This document shows, piece after piece, positions 27,101 to 37,423 of a DNA stretch of 64,000 bases. Within the stretch, counting starts at the first letter, position 1, and the number at the start of each line of letters is the position of its first letter. The stretch is from Laetmonice hystrix (taxonomy: Eukaryota). The notes under the pieces are model-generated. The model was not told where the DNA came from. It searched no databases and worked only from the letters and a program-made list of their open reading frames with translations. Made by a program: the position numbers and the translations under genes. The DNA lies in contig OZ249441.1 of NCBI GenBank assembly GCA_965235115.1, forward strand, positions 12,772,001-12,836,000. Direction: 5' to 3'.

Positions 27101-28334
27101 ATAAGTATTATTCATCTGACTCTTACATTACTAAAATTATGAATTATTAGTAGTCGCCTACAGTATTAGCCAGAATATCTGAACATCATCTCCATATCAT
27201 GAATAGTTTTAGTGTCATAGACCATCATAATATTTCACAAGTGGACAGACTTAACTAGTCAGCAGGATAAAATGCTGACCCATTGGTTAATGTCACACTT
27301 ATTACAGTGTTCGCGAAAAGTTTTGAGAGACATCAGACATTTTGTCTGACGTTGAGCAGCTGAACGTCAGACATTTTTGGTCCACGTCAGACATCACAAT
27401 CAACCATCACATAAATGACAATATTTCTTTAACCAGTTACCATTCACATATTTTCACTATCATGGCGTTAGCTGCCAGGGTAGCTGTCACAAAGAGAAAA
27501 CCTATGGCAAAGCTCTGCTGAGCATACAACTACCTTAAATCTGAAGTTCAGAACATTGATTTTGGTCTCAAAATCAAGACCCACACAGGCAGTGAATGTT
27601 TGCCGGACAAAGTGATTGGCTTAACTGCAACAAATGTGGCTGGCATGACCGAATGTCTGACGTATTTCAGGAACACTGTTATTATTCTACAAACCCCACC
27701 TTAAAATTATACATAATTCACAAACAGAGATGGTAACTACCGGTACCTTGGTTTCAGTAGAGGTTGGGGTGTTGCTGACAGCGATTTGATCCCCATGTGT
27801 AGAGGTACTAACTGGTGCTCCAGGGCAAGGAGACCCTCCAGAGCCTGCATGTGGGCCTTGACTGGTAATCTCCGGAACCAACAGGACCTCACTGAAAAAT
27901 TAAATAAAATAGCTCCTACAAGTACAATACCTTACTTAATTTGTTAACTTCCAGAGCCCTTGATACATACAGAACTCAGCTATCATCTTTGGGCCAAGTC
28001 AACATTGAGCCCTGATATAAAAGAATGCTGCCTGATAGGATTAGCACTTAAAACAGTTTCTTCACTTTTCTTGAAGACTTCGGGGGTTGAGACTGGGTTC
28101 ATCATGCAATTCTATTGAACACATAGAAGGTTGGCCATCAATATTTTTTTTTCAAGCTAGTTGGAGTGATTTAAAAAGTTCAAAGACTCACTCTATGTTG
28201 TCAACCTCCATGGGAACTGGAGAAGCCTGGCTTGCTGATGTCTCCAAATCAGTACCTTCACCCTGATTGAAACTGATCTGCCCCGTTTCTTGGATAGGAT
28301 GTTGTTGCTGCTGCTTCAGCTGTTGGTGTTGAAT

Positions 28335-28389
<55 letters not shown>

Positions 28390-30858
28390 AAGTTCTGGTG
28401 CTGTAAACTTTGAAGTTGCAGTTTTGATTGCTTAATTAAAGTCTGTTGACTGATATTTTCCTGTTGCAGTATCTGTCGTTGCTGTGGATTTTGCGGGTCT
28501 ATGTTCTGCTGACTCAAATTCTGTTGCTGGAGTGAATCTTTTTGGTCAATATGTTCATAACTGGAGCATTGCTGTTCCAGAACCTGCTGCTGAGCATTCA
28601 GCTGACAAAAGTTTTGTTGTTGCAGAATCTGATGAGGAGTATTCTGCTGGCATAAGTTTTGTTGTTGCAGCATCTGGTGCTGCAAATTCTGCGGAACGAA
28701 ACTCTGCTGCTGCAGTACTCTTTGCTGAGAATTCTGCTGATGCAGATTTTGTTGTTGTAGCATCTGTTGCTGAACGTTCTGCTGATTTATATTTTGTTGC
28801 AGCCTCTGCTGTTGAGCATTCTGCTGACTAACCAGTTGTTGATGCAACAACTGTTGGGCCTCTTGCTGACTTAAATTTTGCTGCTGAAGCATTTGTTGCT
28901 GTGTGTTATGAGTTGTTGCATTCTGCTGATTTAGATTCTGGCTGTACATTTGATGGCATTGGTTGTTTACATTTTGTTGACCTAAGTTTTGTTGTTGCAA
29001 CATCTGCTGTTGGTCAGCACTTTGCTGATTCACCTTCTGTTGGTGCAGCATCTGTTGCTGTGCAGCTTGTTGCATGACAGCCTGCTGTACGGCTTGGTTT
29101 GCAACTTGTTGGGCAGCGGACTGTGTTACTTTGTGCTGTGTCACCTGCTGTACCCCCTGCTGTCCTGCAGAATTCTGAGCTGCCTGTACTGGATGCAATG
29201 GTGCTGACTGTTGGATGTGGCTGGTAGTTGGAGTTGGACTGCTGCTGTATGGCATTACATTGTCATGCTGAAGTTGTTGCAAGCCCTGCTGTGGGGCTGC
29301 CATAGTTTGCTGCTGCTGTAACTGCTGTTGAGTTGCAATAGGTTGAAGACTGCAGTTAGGGTTGGCAGTATGCTGCAGCTGTATATGATGATGCTGAGCC
29401 TGGGCCTGGTGTAGAAACTGTGGCGTTTCATTCAGTGGCTGCTGGGGCATTTGTTCCACGGTCTGCATTAGGTGATGAATGGCCCCACTCTCACTCGTCA
29501 TCTCTTCAGTTTTTGAGTATCCATGATCAAAACTTGATGATGGAGATTCATCATGCCCTGAAATAAAGTATGGTAGTACCCAAAATATAACTGTACTAAC
29601 TGAATCATGAAATCTCACCACATAAATATAGTTAAAGAACAGAAGATAGAGAACTTTATTTTTTGCAATAGCCAAAATGTAGAACTCGACAAAGGATGAA
29701 TACAAGATGAGATTGAGAAGCTTGGTGTGACTGGAAATGATTATGTGTTGTACACCGACAGATTCTATACAATTTAGGTGACAGGTGTCAATATCTTCTG
29801 GAAAACTGTGATATCTGGCGAACTGGCACAGCACAGGAGACAATCAAGGATTTTCCCCTTCTCTCGGTTTTTCTTGACTGTCTTCTCTTTTTCACCTATT
29901 CTGTCAATAAAAGGGCAGTAGAGTGTGCCCATTACAGACCATGAGCCAGAAGTTTAATTAAGGATCAAGATTCAATGACCCATTTAACTTTTTGATAAAC
30001 AGCAAATTAGCCTACTTTTAATACTGATAGTCAAATGATAGTGATACTGGGGCCAATTTATGTGGGGTGTCTATGAGCAGCGATAATCCCATTCTGGGTT
30101 ACATCCTGGCGACATTTCCTCATCAACGTTCCAGTGGGGGCGGTACGCTAGGAGAAGGCCACCGCTGGGCTGCCTGCCCTGAGGTGTGAGTTGACCAGGA
30201 CCCGAGGTGCGAATTGACCAGGGTGAGTCGCCTGGGTGCAGGTTGACCTGTTACCATTTCATCAATGCCAATGCAAAGTTTTCTTGACTACTTTAGCTGT
30301 GCCTTTTAGGGTAATGACTTGTGGCTAACATAACACTTTATTAACACTTTGGGAGTTGAAACACAAAGTTCAGTAGGCCTGTCGTATTAAAAAAATAAGA
30401 AAGAAGTCTAGGCCTAGAAACACGGTTCATTTTCTATTATTATTAAATAATTATATGTATGGCCATGCCATTGCATTGCCTAGATCATAGATAGTTAACA
30501 ATGACACTGACAGCTGACAGTGACACAGTGATAATTATCATAAGAGTACTAGGAAACAGTCGACCATCGAACAACTTTCAGTTCTCGGGGGTTAGGCCCA
30601 CTTGCAGTACTCAGAGCCGCTGCTTCATTCTAATCCGCTTGCCGAGGGAACGTTACTCGTTATAGGACCCCGCTCGGTCTCGCCCGCCCTGGCTCGGGCT
30701 CGGCCTGTGGACCGCTGTACCTGCCTTGTCGAACAATGCGTAGAGATCCACATGTCGGCATTCGTTTTAAATAAATATCCGTTTGTAGAACCAGACGATT
30801 TACTTATGGATCTGATGGTATACTTACCCTGCAGAAGATTGGCCGACATTCTGCTCAT
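12195..30858 (-). CDS. SENP6: Sentrin/SUMO-specific protease, SENP6/SENP7 type (poly-SUMO chain editor) with long Q-rich N-terminus
   Basis: Minus-strand exons, 5' to 3': 30858-30828 (tentative start [10 protein letters not shown]), 29557-28192, 27891-27747, 24142-22894, 22721-22635, 20504-20479 (or to 20452), 20216-19977, 19759-19576, 19280-19090, 18899-18710, 18299-18120, 17938-17617, 17417-17301, 17054-16935, 16385-16293, 13954-13765, 13518-13373, 13235-13167, 12916-12757, 12356-12195. C48 catalytic motifs: [100 protein letters not shown]. The split catalytic domain is typical of SENP6/7. N-terminal exon choices are less certain, and SENP6 versus SENP7 cannot be resolved. Confidence 0.9.
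14221..14286. repeat. Four-copy 17-bp tandem repeat (TGACGTGTACCTAGCCA-like)
   Basis: Units start at 14221, 14238, 14255 and 14272, each beginning TGACGTG. Confidence 0.8.
15510..16273 (+). mobile_element. Helentron/DINE-1-like non-autonomous element (5' boundary approximate)
   Basis: 3' stem-loop ATCCCTTCCCC-TATCG-GGGGAAGGGAT at 16244-16270, preceded by an (ACT/ACG)n microsatellite and a CCCAAGTTTCATTGAGAT core. TGACGTCA cluster at 16052-16082. The architecture resembles DINE-1/HINE elements; family assignment is inference. Confidence 0.5.
18342..18700. repeat. Minisatellite of 11 copies, 30-bp unit TGACTGAATCAGCAACCAGTCATAATGTAC with a 38-bp variant (+AAATATCA), filling most of a SENP intron
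   Basis: The AATCAGCAACC core occurs at 18345, 18375, 18413, 18443, 18473, 18503, 18533, 18563, 18601, 18639, 18669. Confidence 0.95.
24435..24706. mobile_element. Non-autonomous element with CAGTGTTCTCCAC TIRs, SENP intron
   Basis: Perfect 13-bp TIR CAGTGTTCTCCAC / GTGGAGAACACTG. Internal AGTACACCGGC repeats. Flanks ATATT / ACATT. Confidence 0.75.
27305..27678. mobile_element. Non-autonomous CAGTGTTC-terminated DNA element (hAT-like) with GTCAGACAT subterminal repeats, SENP intron
   Basis: CAGTGTTCGCGAAA at 27305 and TTTCAGGAACACTG ending 27678. Repeated GTCAGACAT/ATGTCTGAC motifs near both ends. TTATTA flanks both sides. Confidence 0.7.
28338..28388 (-). repeat. Pure (CAG)17 trinucleotide repeat in a coding exon, encoding part of an 18-Q tract
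   Basis: Uninterrupted CTG run on the + strand. The minus frame reads NL-Q18-IQH within exon 29557-28192. Confidence 0.95.
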
Positions 30859-31010
30859 GAAGCAGTTTTTCCGGGCAAATCAGATTCATTTAAACAAGGC
30901 CGTAATTTCCCTTCTCCGCCATGTTCTTAGGCCTAGATCTACTCGAGTTAGTGTCATGTCCGAGTTATTTTGCGACACTCGCATGCCGGCTCCGCTGAAT
31001 TTATTGATAA
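30859..31010 (-). promoter_or_regulatory. CpG-rich promoter/5' region of the SENP gene with a YY1-like AACATGGCGG motif
   Basis: The minus strand reads AAGAACATGGCGGAG near 30915-30928. That ATG opens only a 10-codon ORF, so it is a YY1-like site or a uORF rather than the main start. Confidence 0.4.
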
Positions 31011-32725
31011 TTAATTCTATTTTTCCCTAGAATTTTAATTTTTAAATGAGCATAAATTCTGTTCCAAGTGTTAACATCAATATATTTAAGGCATTTTTAC
31101 GAAAAACACGAAACGTACTCAACCTGATTGTCGTAAATGGCCGGGTGACTTGTACCATGCTGCCACCTATTGTCATAACTTTCAACCATTGTAAAGACCG
31201 CCAAGAGTTGGGAGATCTTGGGAGCAGTAGCCTAGCATGCCAGGGCACGGTACAACACTGTATGGCGCAGGAGTCTGATGTGCATGTTGTGCAATTGTTA
31301 GCAGAACAACATTAGATCTACTGTAAACATATTTTAAGTAGTCCTGCAAGATTTCTCGTATATAGCTATTTTCTTGGTAGTGACATCTGGCGGCAAAGAC
31401 AAAGTTGCTCGGTGGGGGTCGAGTGCGGTGCCACCTACCAAGTAGGCCTACCAATACCATGCATGTCCTGATATGAATGATGTAGGCCTTAGCCAACTCG
31501 ACCATCAAATCCCCCCCCCCCTCCTTTTTTCAAGTGAATCATGTTTTCTAAAAGAAAAATGGGGCTGATGTATGGAAATGCTGCAAAGGTTTGGGGGGGG
31601 GGGGGGGAGTAGGCCCCTAATAGGCCTAGCATGGAAACCGGGGGGGGGGGGGGGGGGTAGCGTGAACTGTGCGCTGCCCAATGTACGGGCGCAAGCCATT
31701 TTTTCAGTGAAATGGGCCCCGTCCCCCACGACCCCTGGATCCGCCCCTGCTATTGGGGTTATTGTGCCTGTGGAGGGTAGACTTGTACATATATAGCCTA
31801 GCTATGTAAGGGTAAGTTTTAATAAATTTACATTTTTTTAAAGAGACAAAATAAACTAAATATTTCTGAAGTAATGAAAACACCAAAAAATGACACCTGT
31901 TACCACAGAAAACTCTCACTTCATAAATCAGCTTATAAACTTTTCTTTATTTTGGTGCATTCCTGTACAAATTTGTTGTGAATGTCTTTGTGATTCCATT
32001 TCTAAATTATTTTTATCTCTACCTTCGTCCTCACTGTCCATTGCTTCGAGCTTCTAGGCCAATAAATATTTCTTCTTTAACAGCTAGTGAAAACACATGT
32101 GCACAACCTTAAATGTGGACAAGAACAACTAGCTATGGATGTGGCAGACAAATCTAAATATTTCCCATCATACTAACAACTTTTGTATAGGGGTAAATAG
32201 GTTAAGGTCAACCTATTTCCCCAATGATTCTACAAGACCAGGATATCAAGTCAAACAGACGGTTGACGAACTCTTCAATCAGTGATTATGGAAAGGTACA
32301 AATTGTTCCACATAAGGTCTGTTAATGTTATCCAATATGTCCAGAGTGATTACTTCATGCACAGGTAGGTTTTTTCTCGTGTCGTAGGACTAGTGCGTAA
32401 AAGCAGTCTTTCCTTCACCTGTGTTAGAGCGCCATGAAATTGTTATGGCAACGTTATTTCTGAATAAATTAAGTTTAATTTTGGGGTACTGTAAAACTTG
32501 GATTGACCTGGTTTTTTTTTTGTTTTTTTTTGTTTTTTGTTTTGGGGGGGGGGGGGGGCTTATTCTATCCTCCTGGGAATGGTAAATCACTAAAAGTGTC
32601 TTCAAATTTGATTCACATTCTAGTTCTTTGTACATTTCTATGTTCAGACCTTAACTTTTCAAACCTAAATGGTTCACTTTTACTATTCTACATTCTTCTG
32701 TTTTCATTGTTGATTCCTCAATAGT

Positions 32726-35700
32726 TTATTTAGGTGGGTGGTATGAAAAGGCATCACAGCCTCGAACTTCAAAGTTCTCTGGTATCTGCCGATAAATATC
32801 TTTGTACAGATGACTTATGTCAATCTCTGGGTCAGTCTTGGCACGCTGTACTACTTCATCGATCTCTTTCCTGATATCCTGATCGAATTTCTGTTGGCAA
32901 AGTACAAATTATTAGGAATGAAGCATTCTTAAAATATAGGAGAGTTCAACAAGTTTCAAATATTCATCATCTTGCTTAATACACCTCTTTCACATTTATT
33001 AATATTTTATGCATTAGGTTATGTATTAGGAAAAACAGGCTTTCTAAATTTCTCCTGGCACATGAAATAATACGATACTGCACAAACGGTATCAAAATAC
33101 CTTGAGCTCTTCAGCTGTAGCAAGGTTAAGATCAATTATTCTTTCTTTGAAGCCTGTGATCGGATCACGTTTAGACCTCACATCCTGGATTTCATCTCTT
33201 GTCCGGTAGCTGCAAATATAGATTTGTAATTTCTATAAGGGGAGGGTTCAAAAAGGGGGGGGGGGAGGAGTGCATTATCAAAGTAAAGTGATAATGGTTT
33301 CATTCTTGTCTGAAGAACAAAAACCAAGACAAAAGACTAGTTTTACATGATTTTGAAAAACAGATTTGAAAGCTATCATATATTGACCTGGTGCCTGGGT
33401 CACTCATGCTATGTCCATGGTAACGGTAGGTGGCTGCCTCCATCATCATTGGTCCTTTCCCAGAGCGGCAGTATTCAGCTGCATAGCGTGTGGCTTCCCG
33501 CACAGCAAGGATGTCCATACCATCAACCTAAATTAAAGGTATTGTCAAATGTTTATGGCTACAAGCCAATATAACACTTGGCTGATCCGAGAAAAACGAT
33601 GGTACATCATAGATTTCAGAACGGAGGTCAGCTGGTAACACTGATATTGATTTAAGTTAAAGATACTAAACCATGATCAGTGACTGAACCATCTGCAAGA
33701 TTCCCACTACAGCTGTGCCTGAGCTCACCCATATTCCTGGAATGTAGTCTCCACGGGTGAAGTATTCTGTGCTTGCTGCAGCACGATCCACTGACGTTCC
33801 CATTCCATACCCATTGTTTTCACAGATGAAGATTACTGGCAGGTCCCATAGCTTGGCAATATTAAAAGTTTCAAACAACTGGCCCTGGTTCGCTGCTCCA
33901 TCACCATACAAAGCCAAGCAAATGTTGTCTGTTCCTTGATACTTCAGTGCAAAGGCAATGCCAGCTCCAAGGGGAACCTTTCACATACAAGAGCATGATG
34001 CTGTAAAACATTCTGAAATCTGTGTCCAGAAATAAAGTGTTTACAAACATAAGACGGTATCATCCCGGTAGCCCCCCGCCCGCTAGCCCCCCGTTTAGAC
34101 AGGGCCGAAGGTGTGAGAAATCTGTGCCGCTAGCCCCCCGCTCGGCTGTTCCACTATCAGACACTATCCCCTTATGAGATTTGGGGTGGTCAGCGGTCAG
34201 GAATGGTAAGGAAGGGCAAAGAACTTGCATTGTAATGTATAGTTCTTTGTTAAGAGATAACTGAAAGGCAAGCGACAAATAATTAGGGGGTGTTACTAGA
34301 TATATAAATGACTGATTACGGGTGTCACGGGACTGAATCTGTATTATGGTGTTAGTTAGAATTACAGTAATAAATCTACACTCAACCACTGCCTTACTTA
34401 GTACCAGTAGTATTGTCCATCATATGACCAACCGCCTTCATATAGGACTCCATCATTCTGTGGCATATCGTAGTTTAAGCTATAACTGGTGCAATCGGGA
34501 GTCAATACTTTTTCTTTCTTTTGGGGGCTGGCTGACCTGCCTGCATCGGCAGCATATGAATCGCCAAGTCCCGCCGTTGACCCCCCCCCAACTCCGTCCA
34601 CGCCTCAGTGGTGTGGGGTGTGTGTGTGTGTGTGGGGGGGGGGGGGGGTAGTGTCAGGGAGTGGAACAGCCGAGCGGGGGGCTACCGGCACAGATTTCTC
34701 ACACCTTCGGCCTTGTCTAAACGGGGGGCTAGCGGGCGGGGGGCTAGCGGGGGCAATCCCATAAGACACACTTTCACATTCCACAAACTTTCAAGATGGA
34801 ACCTATCTCTTACTGTGGTTTAACACAAACAAAAATAACACAGTAAAGTAAAGGTGCCAGTCCTGAGTAGAGGATTTTATGTTCTTGCCAGCCTTACCTG
34901 AGCACCAACAATACCATTTCCACCATAGAAGTTACTGTTATACATGTGCATGGAACCACCTTTTCCTTTGGCACAACCAGTAGATCGCCCTAAAAATTAC
35001 AACAGGTCTTCTAAAGAAGGCATACAAAATACACAATGAAAACCCCTTCAACCCCTTTTTCTGGATTCTTGTTTGTTTTCATCATTCATAATACTGCTTA
35101 AATAGAAATCATGCAAAACATTCACTGTAGTTACCCGTCAGTTCTGCCAATACTCCAAGTATTGAAACCCCACGGGTATAGGCCCAACCGTGAGCTCGAT
35201 AAGCTGTGATGACAGCATCATCACTGCGTATAGCAGCTTCCATACCAATGCAGCATGCTTCCTATAAGAAATAAAATTTCTTGAGATAATCAAACTCAAA
35301 CAGTTTGAGGTGAAAAAAAACCTTTTTCAACAGAGGTGGAGCCATGTTTCGTAAAAACTTCTTTTTCAAATTTTTAATCTAAACCCACTAGTTTAACATT
35401 TGATCTTTTGCATGTTATTTATTACTTAAAGGAAGAGTTTTCTCAAGTATATCAAGCGATCAGATATTTACACACATGTCATCCAGGGACAACAACTAAC
35501 AGGTTTAATAGGCGAATACCACTCTGGCAAAGATATACCTGGGCTTGAATTAACCGGATTTGCATTGCAATATGCATGCCAAACTCAGTCTATTGCAAAT
35601 CAAATTAAGAGATGAGTCAGAAAATATTGCCTATTACTGCTTCTACAAACCAGATAACTCAGTAATTATTGCGAATCAAAAATTTTTGACATATTTCAAG

Positions 35701-37197
35701 CCCTGCACACTTGTTAGATTCAAGGAGTTCATTAAGTCAGTACTTGTCCTGAGTAAAGGTGGCAGAATCCACGAATGGCTTTTTCCTTGTACAGGTTTCC
35801 AGCTGATGTTTCCATCCGACGTACAACTTGCATCTCACGGTAGTATTTTAAGGCATCCTCCCGTGTGAGTGTCACCGTAGTAGCAGGGCCATCATCAATT
35901 TTATGAAGCTTATAGGGCTGAAAACAAATGAGATGAATTATCATTACCATACTTTTAGGTGTACAAGATGCTACTTTTTGACCTAAGACGGCCACTGCCA
36001 GCTATGGATTGTGTCTGGCAAGATAGGCCATGTGTCCTATTATAAAAATACTCCAGAGTGTGGTAGGCCTAGAGTTCACGAAGTATGTACATCACTGTCC
36101 ATGAATTCAAGGACTAAAACTTGAGTTTGTCCAGAGTGTAGAAAAAACAAATCATATTGCAATTTATTGGTAACTTACTGTGAGCACTTCTGTAGTGGCT
36201 TCATTTATTACTGAGCTATAGTTTTTTGATGCCAAGACTCCTGCCAGACCCTGAAAAGATAAAGATGAACTTTTACCTGTAGATCTATTACAAATTGGAT
36301 AGAATGGTTCCTGGGACCTGCAGTGGGCCCAGCATATCGGGCCTATACGCCAAAACTGCAAAAGGCCTAGCTAGATCCCTGGTTGAGGGGCGAGAGGTGG
36401 TGTAGGTTTGATATATTATAGTAGGCCCTATAGGCTAAGGGAATCAGTCATGTGCGCTCACAGAGATTCAAACTAGGGCACACAATGGTATCCTACTTAC
36501 CAAAAATTCGGTTTCCGCGTCGGACTACAGCGACGGCCCAGCGTCACGCACCCGTTCTAAAAATTGAACGCTCCGTTTCCCGAGCAAGCACACAGTGACC
36601 GGGGGGCTCACCGCTGTACCGTGGGCTGCGACAGGTCGTGGGAACGGGGTCTTCAATTTTTAGAACGGGTACGTGACGTGGCCATCGCTGCAGTCCGACG
36701 CGGAAACCAAATTCAATAGAGCGTTTAAGATATCTAGTAATACATGATTTTTGTCACCATGCTGAGATCTACATTTTGGTTATAAGCCCAAGTTTATGGG
36801 AAATAATGCCTTTGCAAAGCCTTGGCCTTGGGTTTACCCTGGTGGTAGCCCCCAGATTGGTGTTAGGTGCACTCAAATTAACAGTAACGTGCATTTTCTA
36901 CAGACAGCTCACACAAAAGTGAGCATGGTGACATAGGCTATATGTTTACCTTTTTAAAATCAGAAACACTTGTTCTTTCTATCAAAATACACAACATAGC
37001 ATAGGCATAGCCATAGCCTAGCCCTAGGCTAGGGATAGATCATAGGTAGATCTAATGGGTAACACTACAGACAGTTAGGCCTATGTAAGGTGTAATGGGT
37101 TTGACTTAGTTTAGCATATAGAGACGTTCCCTTTGCCCCCTGTTACCTGGCGTGTATGAGATAGGCCACGCAGCAGAAGTGAAGTTTTGGACATCAT
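32726..37197 (-). CDS. PDHA1: Pyruvate dehydrogenase E1 component subunit alpha, mitochondrial (9 coding exons)
   Basis: Exons 37197-37147, 36250-36179, 35917-35744, 35261-35135, 34989-34898, 33977-33729, 33527-33388, 33209-33101, 32890-32726. Motifs [25 protein letters not shown]-binding [13 protein letters not shown], phospho-loop [16 protein letters not shown]. Basic/Ser-rich transit peptide [17 protein letters not shown]. Confidence 0.97.
34056..34759. mobile_element. 704-bp non-autonomous TIR element with ~110-bp TIRs and 8-bp TSD (Merlin- or Mutator-like), in a PDHA1 intron
   Basis: Direct repeat CATAAGAC at 34048-34055 and 34760-34767. GG...CC termini. 34062-34166 is the inverted copy of ~34649-34755, with internal GCTAGCCCCCC subrepeats. 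Confidence 0.85.
36505..36713. mobile_element. ~210-bp MITE with ~70-bp TIRs in PDHA1 intron 1
   Basis: GGTTTCCGCGTCGGACTACAGCGA...GTCACGCACCCGTTCTAAAAATTGAA is inverted at the right end (TTCAATTTTTAGAACGGGTACGTGAC...CAGTCCGACGCGGAAACC). AATT flanks both sides (TSD or part of the TIR). Confidence 0.85.
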
Positions 37198-37423
37198 TTT
37201 TAGGCTAATTGATGACCCAACCGTGGGTAGGCCTACGCGAAGAGCTCAAAACCGAGACAGACACCTTCCTTGACCCACCTATACTACTCTCGGTGAAGAG
37301 AGCGCCTTCTGGGAGGTGCCGAGCGCCCGTTGAGAGGTGCCAGTACAGCGGTTAGAGGAGCAGACCATTATTAATATTTGGGGGGTAGGCCTACTATACC
37401 GTATACGTTGACTCTGGTCGCTC

